A stretch of 64,000 bases of DNA from Octopus vulgaris (GCA_951406725.2 OX597817.1:96410001-96474000), one strand, 5' to 3'. Shown: positions 47,301 through 59,536, numbered from the stretch's first letter. The notes: a model not told the origin generated them from the letters alone. A program made the numbers and translations.

Positions 47301-48500
47301 CAGATTTAAAATCAAAAAATGGTATTTTAGTTCACTTGGACAAAGAAATTACTAGAAAATATAAGGCAATTAACAAGTATAGATCAATATATCTAGAATC
47401 TAAAAAATAATGACTGAATACACTATAAACAATAGAACGGAACCTTCTGTTCCATTAAGACCAAAAATATCTTTGAAGGACCACAAAGATAATTTTGAAA
47501 CAGACCTTAAGGTTAGATTAATTTGCCAAGTTAAATCAGATAGGCAAATTTATTATGGATATATATATAAATGAACTGAAAAATGAAATTAAATATAAGC
47601 TTTGGTCAAATATACAAAAGGCAATTAATTCCCTCTTTAATAGATCTACCCTTAAATTATCCTACTCTTCTTCACCCAGTATAGAATCTATCGTTACCTC
47701 TTCCAATAAATGTAAACATAATTCCTATTTAAATATATATAAAATAATAACATAAGTCAAAGCCATGAAAAAACTAATACCAATATTGATGGCATACACC
47801 ACACCTGCAAACTTAGCATTACAACCAGAATTAACCAAGATATAAATATCCCCACTTCCTATGAAGGCCAAAATGTAACTGAGGCAAATGTGGATACTTA
47901 TAGCACCACAACTAATACTAATATCAAAAACTCTAATACCATCACTACTACTAATAACATTAACAGTAATAACAACAATAATACAAGCCAATCCCCAAAT
48001 AACACCCTTAATTTTAATTTCTCCATAAATAGTACTGCATCTTCACTTTCCACTAACATACATAGGACTGATAGCTGCAACTGCCAATGCATGACAGAAT
48101 GCCCGTTGCAAGCCCACTGCAGAAGGTTTAACGTAGTACACAAACGCACAGGCCACTACATATTGCATAATTCTACTAACTACTATATCAGGTCCACTAT
48201 TAATTTTAAACAGATATTCAGCACATATCAACTCATTTTAAGTATGAGGAGTATAGAAAATCGACCTCCCTATCCAACTATATACACCATAGAAAGATAC
48301 CATATATGATATCATGAGACATAACAGATTCCAGGATCCCATTCCAAGGCCAAAAATCCACTTGGCTATGCCTAAAAGAAGCATTCCAAATATTAATGCA
48401 TAATTCATCGCAAATGCAAAATAAACAACATGAAACTTTTTTTACATATTGTCATAGGTTCTATTACACCTTCAAATTCTTCTATAGGTCCAAATGCAAA
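44320..48500. mobile_element. Scrambled Penelope-like (Naiad-type) RT and GIY-YIG fragments in both orientations
   Basis: 44373(+) thumb GSCHSPIVLKN..KRISSLS..YNKALKDSGF; ~44880-45290(-) CDC..NLVY..FYIGST..SLSKFIW..CTLC; 46668(-) LYRDD..NFLDV; 47074(-) AINWF..SINPAIL; ~47460(+) LKDHKDNF..VRLI; 47890(+) CNCQCMTECPL. Confidence 0.8.
46230..46595 (-). mobile_element. tRNA-derived SINE; a further 5' half of this family lies at ~45922-46100 (+)
   Basis: Matches the 55770-56172 family. Confidence 0.88.
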
Positions 48501-48549
48501 GAAAATCAACATGCATAACACATCCATCCACAGTCATTACAATACATAT

Positions 48550-48926
48550 ATATATATATATATAAAGCTGAAGTTGTCTGTGTATGGCAGGTTCGGTAGC
48601 CTTCAACTAACACTACCTCCTCCGAGACCCTGCAGGGCAAGTTGACCAAAATTGAGAGTGTGATAGAAGGCTTGCTCTTCCTTCTGTAGAAGAAAAAATT
48701 CAAATCGGACCATATTAACACCAAAAATTATTTACATCAAAAAGGTGCTTTTTTCTATGAAAATCCCTATTTTTTACGATTTTTTTACTGCTGTGTCGCC
48801 ATTTTTCGGTGTATTTCAACCAGAAAAATGCTCACTTAAAGCTACATAATACAAAATTTTTACTTTTCAAAAATTCCAATGCTAAAGGGTCGAAACAAAC
48901 CCGAGCAATGCCAGGCGATACTGCTA

Positions 48927-48930
<4 letters not shown>
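48550..48930 (-). mobile_element. Non-autonomous Helitron-like element
   Basis: Reverse complement begins atactagcagtatcgcctggcattgctcggg and ends cttcagctttatatat. Confidence 0.55.
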
Positions 48931-48974
<44 letters not shown>

Positions 48975-49808
48975 TATATATATATACATATGTATATGTG
49001 TGTGTGTGTGTATATATGTATGTATGGCTGTATGTGTATATATGTACAAATATATATATGTGTGTGGGTGCACACTTTCTTCTTTTTCCTATACCTCGCT
49101 ATCAACTTAAGTGGGGTGAGGTGAAAAAAAAAATTTTTCGGTTAATGTTTACATCTTGATCCGGAAATGAAAATCCAAAACATGTACTGGAATGGGTGTA
49201 AAACAATGTATAGGAAATGAATAAGAAAAAAAATGCACACAAAGCAACGGGAGGGTGGGGAGAGGACTTCGGAAAATTCACAAGATCTGAGCTTTTCCCT
49301 AATAACGTTTAGGAAAATGAGTTCTTTTCAATGAAATTTTATAGAAATACCTTTCAAACGGCATACATTATGATTATAAAGAAATTTGTGGGGAAAATCT
49401 TTTCCAAAGGGGTGGGAAGAGCACTTTGAAAAATTCACAAAATCTGAATTTTTCCCTCATAACTTTTTGGAAAATGGGATTTTTCAATGAAATTTTATAT
49501 AAATACATTTGAAATGGCATACATTATGACTATAAAGTAATTTGTGGGGAAAATCTTGAGGTGAGGAGAGGACTTTCGGAAAATTCCCAAGATCTGAATT
49601 TTTCCTTGTTATATACTGAAATCACATTCAACTTTCTATGGATACCCTAGCATAGTACTACTACACTACGTAGTGTTTATTTCTACCCACTTTCAATAAT
49701 TTTTAATGTTTTGGCTTCAATTTTATTTCATTTTTAATTATTCTTATGCTTTTTTACCCTTTCATCATTATTCTCATTCACTCATTATTACTTTCTCTCT
49801 CTCTCAAT

Positions 49809-49885
<77 letters not shown>

Positions 49886-49949
49886 TTTCTAGTTTCAGCT
49901 CAGAGCTGCGGCCATGCTGATGCACCGCCATATATACATATATTATATA

Positions 49950-51143
49950 CTAGATACCATTGATACTCAGAAAACAGATTCCATTACACTCCTGGGGGAG
50001 AAACTAAAAGTAGTTGATAGTTTCCTCTACCTAGGTGACCAAGTAAGTAGTGGGGTGGATGCTCAGAGAATGTTACCACTAGAGTAAGAATAGCCTGGGC
50101 AAAGTTTAGGAAGCTTCTTCCCCTACTGGTGACAAAGGGTCTCTCACTCAGAGTGAAAGGTAGATTGTACGACACATGTGTGCGAACTGCCATACTACAC
50201 AACAGTGAAACATGGGCTGTGACTGCGGAGGACATGCATAGGCTTGAAAGAAATGAAGCTAGCATGAGCCACTGGATGTGTAATGTCAGTGTCCATGCAC
50301 GACAGAGTGTAAGCGCCCTGAGAGAAATGTTGGGCATAAGAAGTGCAGGAGAGACATTTGCGTTGGTATGGTCATGTACAACGAATGGATGAAGAGAAAT
50401 GTGTGAAAAAGTGCCAGTCCCAAACTGTTGAGGGAATCCGGGGTAGAGGTAGACCCAGGTAGACATGGGACGAGGTGGTCTAGCATGATCTTCATACATT
50501 GAGCCTCACAGAGGTTATGACGAAAGACCGAGACCTCTGGAGATGTGCTGTGACTTCAAAGTGAGTTCATGGCTTGCAGGATGACCTGCTGCGCTTGAGG
50601 AGACCTATTGTGTCAAGTTCATCAACATCAAAATAAAAATCATATAGATATTGTAGTTGTGTTATCCGTGTTGGTGGCACGTACAACCTCACAGTGGAAA
50701 TGACGAAGACCGAGACCTCAGAGATATGCTGTGACTGTGAAGACCCGACAAATGAAGTGAGTTCATGGCTTGCAGGACAGCCTGCTGTGCTAATCTTAGT
50801 TCGTAGAGTGACCCGCTGTTCTTGAGGAGACCTATTGAGTCAAGTACGTCAACACCAATATCAAAATAAAAATCAAATGGAAATTGTGCCGGTGACACAT
50901 AAAAAGCACCATCCAAACGTGACAGATGCCAGCGCCACCTGACTGGCGTCCGTGTCAGTGACACGTAAAAGCACCAACCGATCGTGGCCATTTGCCAGCC
51001 GCCTCTGGCCCCTGTGCCGGTGGCATGTAAAAAACACCCACTATACTCACGGAGTGGTTAGCGATAGGAAGGGCATCCAGCTGGTCAAACTGTCCAACCC
51101 ATGCTAGCATGGAAAACGGATGTTAAACGATGATGATGATGAT
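49950..51143 (+). mobile_element. 5'-truncated RTE 3' part
   Basis: KGLSLRVKGRLYDTCVRTA..SETWAVTAEDM; (GAT)n tail. Confidence 0.9.
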
Positions 51144-51184
51144 ATATGTATATATATATATATATAATTATATATATACACATA

Positions 51185-51993
51185 TAGGGTAGGGAAGCAA
51201 AATTTACAATGAGCGTTAAGTTGTTTTTTCTCAGGAGGCATTATTATTATTAAATTATTACATGGTTCAAGAAAAAGTCCTCCATTGTAACGATCTTTTC
51301 AGGTGAAAAGATCTTCACTGTCGATGCTGTTCTGAACAGCAGAATTGACAGATTTATCACAAAATCAACAGCTGAGGTTAAGGGGACATTCAAAACAAAA
51401 CATCCTGCTCAAGTTATGGCTTTTGGTGTTGTAGCTTCCGATGGAAAGAAAATTCTACAAAGCTGATGAAAAGACCAATGTTAATACTTACTACAAGACT
51501 CTGAGATACCAGGTATTGCCATGCCTTAAGGCAAACTACCCAGATGGTAATTATGTATGGACACAGGATGGTGCTCCAGCCCACACAGCTAGAAAAATAC
51601 AAGATTTCTGCAAATCCAACTTTAGCAATTTTTTGGAATCATATTTATGGCCGCCTTCTAGCCCAGATCTAAACTCTCTGGATTATGCTATTTGGAGCGT
51701 TTTAGAACATGCTACCAATAGAACATCACACTGCAATATCGACTCTCTTAAAGATACTATTAAAGAAGAATGGGAGAAGTTGTCTCTCGAATATTTGAGG
51801 AACGCCTGTGCAAGTTTCAGGAAGAATGTGAAGGCAGTTATTGAGAAAGGAGGACACATAGAATAAAAATATTTTCTATTATGTAAATTGTCTTGTGGCA
51901 AATAAATTCTCATGACTTTCAATAAACAAATTGGTCATACACTGTCTTTCAATCCCTACCTCAAAATATTGTAAATTTTGCTTCCCCACCCTG
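51185..51993 (+). mobile_element. Internally deleted Tc1/mariner of the DD37D (maT) type
   Basis: TIR (c/t)agggt(a/g)gggaagcaaaatttacaat at both ends, TA flanks; ORF 51441-51866 QDGAPAH...WPPSSPDLNSLDY with 37 residues between the two Ds. Confidence 0.88.
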
Positions 51994-52028
51994 TATAAAT
52001 ATATATATACACATACACATATATATAT

Positions 52029-52378
52029 AACGTAAAGTGTACTAGCCATCTGAATGTGGCTAGCCACTGGGGGTGGGGTGTTACTGACGCTTTTAGCCCC
52101 AGGAGATCAACGTCACGAGCTGGCCTTAGACACAATTTCAGTGCCCTTGTGTTATTTGCAAAGGGAGGTCATCCTCCCTCGAAAACCTAAGTGATACATA
52201 CGGACTATAGTTTCAAGGTAATTGCCTCTCGTCAAGACCTCCCTTTGCAAATAATACAAGGGCATTGAAATTGAGTCTAAGGCCAGCTGGTGACGTTGAT
52301 CTCCTGGGACTAAAAGCGTCAGTAACACCCCACCCCCAGTAGCTAGCCACATTCAGATGGCTAGTACACTTTACGTTG
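52029..52378. repeat. ~140-bp-arm inverted repeat / MITE-like
   Basis: 52029-52170 vs 52236-52378. Confidence 0.9.
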
Positions 52379-53716
52379 TCGAGCGGTTACTGTTTATATC
52401 TCGTTCAGAGATTTATTAATGCCTTCATATATATATAGTTATGAGGGAAAAACTTGGATCTTGTGATTTTTCCGAAGTCCTCTCCCCACCCTTTGGAAAA
52501 GATTTTCTCCACAAATTACTTTATAATCGTAATGTATGGCGTTTGAATGGTATTTCTACAAAATTTCATTGAAAAATCCCCATTTTCCTAAAAGTTATGA
52601 GGGGAAAACTCGGATCTTGTTAATTTTTCGAAGTCCTCTCCCCATCCAGTTGCTTTCCGCGCATTTTCGTTGCACTTTCCTCGAGATACAACGTGCCATC
52701 TAACCAAGCTCTGGCTAGAAAGAACTACTACCTTATGATAGTTTCCAAACACAGTCCAACCTTCACAACACACACGCGAGAAGGACACTGTCTTGAACGG
52801 GCCGCGTCTTGAAGTGACGTCATTTTCCTTCGCTTCCGATCCAAGAGAATGTTTTGAACCAGCCGCTTCGTCAAGTGATGTCACTTCGCCTCGCTTTTCG
52901 TCCCTCATCTTGCATCCACAGCGTTCTGATCCGAAACTCTTTCGGTGCAATATACGAAAGTCAAGAGTGAAGCTTATTAATGTGACTTTTATCTTTTTGC
53001 TCCAGTGTTCACACAGGTCACTTGTATGGTATTTAAATGAACAAAATTTGTTTATAACAGAGATTCTTTAAATTTTAAAATTCCGTGTGGTAAGTGTGGA
53101 GAAACACAACGTATTTTTGACGGAATGGGGAGTATAAACAAAAATAATGTATTTTTATTCTTTCACCAAATTCAAAACGTCCTTGTCAAAAGACAGTATG
53201 GATCTTTTCAATTCTGAAGCCAGTTTTTTCAAATTTTTCCTACTGAACCAAACAATTTGAAACTTCGTATACTGGTAGAATGTGTCAAAAGTAAACTTAA
53301 TTGTAAACCAGAATGAAAACGGAATTAATTAGAATTTTAACCAATGATATTCCGTCATTCGGCTTTATTTTATTTACTCCGTCTCGACCACCAATTTGGT
53401 GACGTATTAAACATCTTAAATGTAAACAGACCGCATGTCTCCGTGAAATCTCCTTCTAATTATTTAACGTACTCATGTTTCCAGGATCCTATAGTCAGCC
53501 ACCTTCTAATAACAATATTTAAAACTAGTTAATAAGCCACATGTATTAAATTGAAAATGTTTCCATTCTGTTAGTACTTGCTTTCGTTTGCTATTAAGAA
53601 GTGGCATCTCAGTGACGAGGCTTCTAACAAGATTTCGTTTCTAAGCTAATGCGTTTCATTTCACTTATTGTATTTATTTGTGCAAAAGGCAAGAAATTTA
53701 ATATTAAAAAAGCAAA

Positions 53717-53785
53717 GAGCTGGCAGAAACGTTAGCACGCCGGGCGAAATGCGTAGCCGTATTTCGTCTGCCGTTACGTTCTGTG
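53717..53785 (+). mobile_element. 5' head fragment of a second SINE family
   Basis: gagctggcagaaacgttagcacgccgggcgaaatgcgtagccgtatttcgtctgccgttacgttctg, with an internal hairpin gcgaaat/atttcgt. Confidence 0.55.
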
Positions 53786-54465
53786 TTTGTTTACAGTTTT
53801 CAAACGAACGTTAGTACGTCACAAAAGCGCTTTCTACGTCACACTAATAGAATGCAGTCAAGTTTTACACATGAAAACAAACAATCTGATTGGTTAAAAT
53901 TCGCAGTTTTAATCTACGATTAAAGTCATAAAATAGATTTTTCTCAAATAAACTAGTTCCAACCTGTGTCTTGTTTTGCTAGACTCTATCAGCATACGAA
54001 GTTTCAGATTATTTAGTTAAGTAGAAAGATCTGTGGTCCTGGCTTCAGAATTGAAAAGATCCGAAAGTATTTTTCTAGGAAAGCAAAAAAAAAAAAAAAT
54101 ACTTATGCGGCTTTCGTTATATTTCATATTTTATACACTTCCTATCTCCTCAAAAATATATCGTACATTTTTCAACGAAGGTAAAGAATACGCACACTGG
54201 GTAGTTAGGGTTTTGGGTTAGAGTTTCGCCGAAAACGGGGTGTGCGTATTCTTTATCTCCGCCCATTTTTCCACGTGTATCTTCCGTGTGTATGGCAGTA
54301 CATAGTATTTTGATATATAAGGTAGGTATGTAATTTAGGTACATAAAAGTACTAGGTATTTTATCGGCTGACTTACGATGTAAGCACGTGCTAATAAAAC
54401 GATTATATTTCTAACTGGTGTTATTTTAACCATTTTATCATTGATATTCTATAACAGAACATTAT

Positions 54466-54957
54466 GAATTCCGGGTACTACTAGTAAAGATTGGACCCGG
54501 TGTGCGCAGTCGCGCGTCCGCACTAGCTAGTCGTAAGTAATCGATCCTACAACGACTTGCGCGTATGCAAATGAGTTGATTTTACAGAATAAAATAAAAG
54601 AATTTTTTAAAGAAAGTAAATAAATTATTTCATAGAACATTGCCGAACAGTGTATATGATTTTTTTACACAAATCAAATAAAATGTGTGTGATATATTCT
54701 TTTAGTTTTCAATCATGTGTGTGTGTGTGTGTGTGTATACACACCGATACAAATAGATATTATATGTGGTTTATGTGCGATATATTCTTTTAATATCTTT
54801 TAGTTTTTGGACAGCATCCATAGTAGGTACATCATTCAGGTATATATATATATATATTATGTATATATATATATATGTGTGTGTGTGTATATAAATGTGT
54901 ATATACGTGTGTGTGTGTGAGTATATATATGCGCATATGTGTGTGTATATATATGTA

Positions 54958-54994
<37 letters not shown>

Positions 54995-55360
54995 GGGAGA
55001 AAGAGAGAAGAAACAAAATATCCTTAAGATGATAAGGAATGGAAAGTTGATATCGATTGATGGATTTGATAAGATGAAGATATTTTGGTAACAGTTCATT
55101 ACACGTGTGTACCGTGTGTAAGAATGTCTGAGCGAGAGAGGAGAGCATATTACAGCATTCCATGAAGGGTTTTGTTTTGTTTTTTTTGGTTTGTTTTGAT
55201 GTTTTCTTGTTAGTTTATTTACACTAAACCCTTAATTCGTCTTCCAACCTACAACACAACTCATTTGCATACGAGCAAGTCGTTGTAGGTTCGCCTACTT
55301 ACGACTAGCTAGCGCGGGCACGCGCACCGGGTCCAGTCTTCGCTCGTAGTATCTGAATTC
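54466..55360. mobile_element. MITE-like element with ~105-bp CpG-rich TIRs
   Basis: 54466-54578 inverts to 55257-55360. Confidence 0.75.
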
Positions 55361-55769
55361 CGTTCGTTAAAAGTTTAAGATGCGTTGTTACAGATAATTA
55401 ATGCATTTCAACTATAATGATGAATTAATTAGCATCCACAACAACATCAGTGTAGAAAACATGAACCAAACAGGACACGAAAATTATAAGATCCACGATA
55501 ACTGCTGTCTTCTTTTAATTTCAACAGTACTGTTTGAACCAAAATAGTTGTAAGTCTATAAAAAAAAGCATCCGCGATGGCGTGCTTACTGGATAAAAAA
55601 AAATACCCCTTGCTTTTATGCTGATTTGTTTGTATTTAAAACATAATATAAAGGAGTGCCCATTATCTAATCTCCTTCCATCTAATAGAAAGTATTATTT
55701 GAGCAGATTTGTTTGCTATTTCCAGCACAGGTCTCCTCATAGGCAATACTTTCATATGACTTAGCAATA

Positions 55770-56172
55770 GCGCAGGAGTGGCTGTGTGGTAAGTAGCTTG
55801 TTTACCAACCACATGGTTCCGGGTTCAGTCCCACTGCGTGACACCTTGGGCAAGTGTCTTCTACTATAGCCTCGGGCCGACCAAAGCCCTGTGAGTGGAT
55901 TTGGTAGACGGAAACTGAAAGAAGCCCGTCGTATATATGTATATATATATATGAGTGTATGTGTGTCTGTGTTTGTCCCCCTAGCATTGCTTGACAACCG
56001 ATGCTGGTGTGTTTATGTCCCCGTTACTTAGCAGTTCGGCAAAAGAGACCGATAGAATAAGTACTGGGCTTACAAAAGAATAAGTCCCGGGATCGAATTG
56101 CTCGATTAAAGGCGGTGCTCCAGCATGGCCGCAGTCAAATGACTGAAACAAGTAAAAGAGTAAAAAGAGAGA
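55770..56172 (+). mobile_element. Full-length tRNA-derived SINE
   Basis: A box TGGCTGTGTGG (55779), B box GGTTCAGTCCC (55822), central gagtggatttggtagacggaaactgaaagaagcccgtcg, LINE-like tail ggcggtgctccagcatggccgcagtcaaatgactgaaac, then (gtaaaaga)n. Confidence 0.92.
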
Positions 56173-56436
56173 GCTTCAGCATATCAATCGGCGAAATAGC
56201 TACACGAAAAAAAGAAGTGTAAGTGATACAACTGATAGTCGGCCTGTGTTTATAAACAAAGAAAAGGTGTTTGGGTGCAAAGTTTTTGTTTGTTTTTTCT
56301 TTTTTGCTTTTGTTATTTCATGGACATTCTTTGCCAATCACAGAAAATCGAATTAAGCGCGCTTCTTACACAATCACAAAATACACAACAAATATTAATC
56401 CATTTGTATCAATAATATTAAACTAAGAAGGCATAC

Positions 56437-56557
56437 CTTCCGATTCACTACCACTTCTTTTTCTCGTTCGTGTAGATTGCTTTCGAGAAGATTTTTTAAA
56501 TTGAAATTTGCCAACTAAGCCTTTTGGTTGTTCTTCCGATATTTCGTCCATTTTCAT
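56437..56557 (-). CDS. RNF113A: Exon 1 of RNF113/CWC24-like gene
   Basis: (MK)MDEISEEQPKGLVGKFQFKKSSRKQSTRTRKRSGSESE|G-GTATGC donor (phase 1); resembles human ..[20 protein letters not shown]..; splices in frame to 37805. Confidence 0.7.
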
Positions 56558-56655
56558 TAATCTTTGATGGATTGTTAATTCTGATTGGTTGAATTTCAAC
56601 TAACCAATCATGATGCGTTTTTTAACACACAATATCACCGTCTAAATACTTGCTA
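56558..56655. promoter_or_regulatory. Compact bidirectional promoter with inverted CCAAT (NF-Y) boxes
   Basis: gattggtt (56583-90) and aaccaatc (56602-09) lie between divergent ATGs. Confidence 0.7.
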
Positions 56656-56807
56656 ATGTCTGAAAGCAGTAGTCCAGTGGATTTTGATGTGTGTGTTGTT
56701 CTGCCTGCTGGAGGGCATGGGGCCCGTACAGGTGTTTCTACACCCAAACAGTTTTGGTCAGTCTTAGATAAACCGCTGATTGTTTATACTGCTCAGGAGT
56801 TTAACAG
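56656..56807 (+). CDS. CRPPA: Exon 1 of D-ribitol-5-phosphate cytidylyltransferase (CRPPA/ISPD-like)
   Basis: [50 protein letters not shown]|ag-GTAAGT; IspD motif LPAGGxGxR..PKQF; phase-2 intron at the Arg matching human LER. Confidence 0.9.
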
Positions 56808-57899
56808 GTAAGTTGAAACTATTTGTAATAAATTGCTTTGAATGTGCTGCTAACGTAGGGCGAGCGCAGAATACAAGGTGCCGTTTTCACTTTCGGAAAC
56901 TAACTTTCCTTTCAATTTGGAAATAAATGATATCAACTATGTTAATTGTCAAATATGGATGTTTTGAAATTAATCATGCAGAACTTCATGTCCGGTATAA
57001 AACGGAAATGACGTAAGAGAAAGGGTGCGTCTTAGCAGCTGACACAAAATACCACACATTAATACAATACCTACCTTTTTATATCACACTCCAAACTATG
57101 AATCGAAATTGAACACAAAACTTACATTATTTGTCTAACAAGTGACTATCTCCTGTAGAGATGCATTATGTATTTTATGGTTTTATTTTTCTGGTCAATA
57201 TAAAGATCCTCGCCCGTTAACAACAAAAAAACCAGCCTGCAGGGTGTAAACTGTAGAAAACTAATATGAAAAAAATTGCGCAAATGAACCTGGGGTGAGG
57301 AGAGAACGGCAAGATTTCCGCCCTCCCAAACCCCACTTTCTAAAAAATTTTTTTTATTTTTTTTTTTTCGACACAAACCCCCTCTTTTCGGCTACGGGGA
57401 ATATGAATCTGCAAAAAAATTGTCATTTTAAAATTACCACCCACCCTCATTTCCTTCATTTTTCACTTTTTCCTGATTTTTTTTTCTCAAAATATGTGGA
57501 AAAATACGGAGATTATGATTCAATGAGTTCCAAAAATGAAAAATATGTAAAAAAAAAAATACTAACACAGAAGCACAGAGAAATGTGTAATATACCAACA
57601 CAGAAAAATTAAAACAAAATACACAAGTGAAATCAACATAGACAACAGTGAACCACATCACAGTGTGCGGTTGTCATGGTAACAAGCTGCTAATGCCTCT
57701 CTTATCTGTTGATTGGCTAAAATTACCCAAATTTCCCAACTTTAATTCCAAATAACATCAGATTCTTTAATTTACAAGATAAAGTAATTGGGTGATTGTA
57801 ATCAAAATTTAGAGTTGCATCAATACACCAAAAGTGAAAGCAATCAGAGCAAAATTAAGTGGGGCTCGTTTTGTAAATACGAAAGATTAGATCCCAGCT

Positions 57900-58420
57900 T
57901 GGTCGCACAAATCAATAGAGGTAAACCTTGGATTCTGCCAGAGCATGGCAGTCTTTCACTTCGGAGGTCTGCCAATTTTGGGCAGAGAACCACCAAACTG
58001 GAGGACCAGGAGTTGAAGTAGAAATTGACGTGACTGTTTTGGTCCGTCAGAAGTACCAATGTGGCAGGATTGTGAAAACAGTTTGGCTTTTTGGCAGACT
58101 GGAATGGTTAAGTAAGAAGGCATTCATCGTTCCATTGTTAAACGAATGTGGTGAGGCCAACATACGAGATGCTGGGACTCTGACTGCACTCATTACTTGT
58201 TACATCAGGCAGGGGTCAATTATTTATAGCAACTGTTGGCATGCCTATAGTAACCTCAATAACCTGGGCTATACACACTATCAAATGAACTATAGCATTT
58301 TGTTGATCCTGTCAACACATCTATTTACTCTCAAAATATTGAGCATTTATGGGGAACCCTCAAGAAGAGCATTGTTCGACCTGGAACGAGGCCTGAGTAC
58401 TTGAAGCAGTACGTCACTAG
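57900..58420 (+). mobile_element. Merlin (IS1016/ISXO2-like DDE) transposase remnant
   Basis: GGPGVEVEID..RQKYQCGR..WLFG..FIVP..RDAGTL..GSIIYSNCWHAY..GYTHYQMNYS, then shifted FVDP..SQNIEHLW. Confidence 0.85.
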
Positions 58421-58648
58421 GCTCCTGCATATAGGCACATGTACATGTCTGTGCGTGCATGTGTATACATGCGTGCATACGCGAATACTATGAGCATTTT
58501 TACTCCTTTACTTTTTACTTCCTCACCTTCGGTTTTTTTCCTTTATTCAACTATTATTATTATTCTAATAGCTCCTTTGTCTTAATAATGGTCATAGTAT
58601 TTTCCCTTTGTTTAACGGTCATTTTCATAGCATATTTTGATTGCCTCA

Positions 58649-58707
58649 ATAACTGAAGAGACGCCGGTGCAGGTTTCCGTCCTGACATCTGAAACTCGGA
58701 GTTTTGT
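58649..58707 (+). ncRNA. Type I hammerhead ribozyme motif
   Basis: ataa-CTGAAGA(58653-59)-gacgccgg/cctgacatc-t-GAAA(58691-94)C-tcgga-GTT-ttgt. Confidence 0.6.
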
Positions 58708-58864
58708 TATGGCAACCGAATAATTGTCACATATATTAGAGATAAATTCCTATATTTATATAATATCAAGGTCTCTTTAATTCTTTTGTTGTCTTATTAC
58801 TATTAATATATATATGTATATACACATATATATACTCATATACACACACACGCGCACATATATA

Positions 58865-59240
58865 ATTGCCCTTGTGCATCTACAGCACACAAATGCTATC
58901 TTCCCGGTTAACCTTCCTTTGATGTTGCTGCACCTCTTATGCATCCATAGCTTACACTGGGTACATCTTATGGAGTTTCTACCCACATCTTTTCTACAGA
59001 TCGAGCAGGGCCATCTACCTGAAGGGTTTTGAGATGTGTTTGTCTTCATACTTACCAGGACTTTTGTTCTTGCAACATTGACTCTAAGACCCTTCCTTCG
59101 ATTCTAAACCTTGTTTCCACGCCTGAAATTTCTTATCTAGTTCTGGTAATGAATCTTCTATGGGAGCATGGCTATCAGCATTGAGGAGCTCCCAGGGGCA
59201 GCTCATCTTGAATTCCTTTGTTATTGCCTGGGGGACTATG
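58865..59240 (-). mobile_element. RTE fragment (RT end + PHD finger)
   Basis: WPCSICRKDVGRNSIRCTQCKLWMHKRCSNIKGRL..FVCCRC. Confidence 0.9.
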
Positions 59241-59420
59241 ACAATTTCCCAGACTGTTGTTTGGTTAATTTTAAGCTTTTTTTGCTATAGATTTTGCCTC
59301 CTTTGTGGAGGGTTATAATTGTATTTCAGTCTATAGCCATTATCTAATTTATAAATCTGAATTTATTTGGTCTGAGACAAAAAAAAGACACACTAAGCTT
59401 TGCCTTAATTTTGGGACACC

Positions 59421-59457
<37 letters not shown>

Positions 59458-59536
59458 TAATACAGTGACTGTTTCTTGTCAGGAACAAAAGGATTAATAG
59501 GACTGCTGTAGAAGTACTCTATTGAAAGAGACAAAA

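Noticed and set aside
52872-52932. Possible C/D box snoRNA (GTGATGT...CTGA)
   Set aside because: Imperfect C box, no terminal stem, and no recognisable rRNA guide
55770-55845. tRNA gene
   Set aside because: A/B boxes continue into a multicopy SINE body and LINE-like tail
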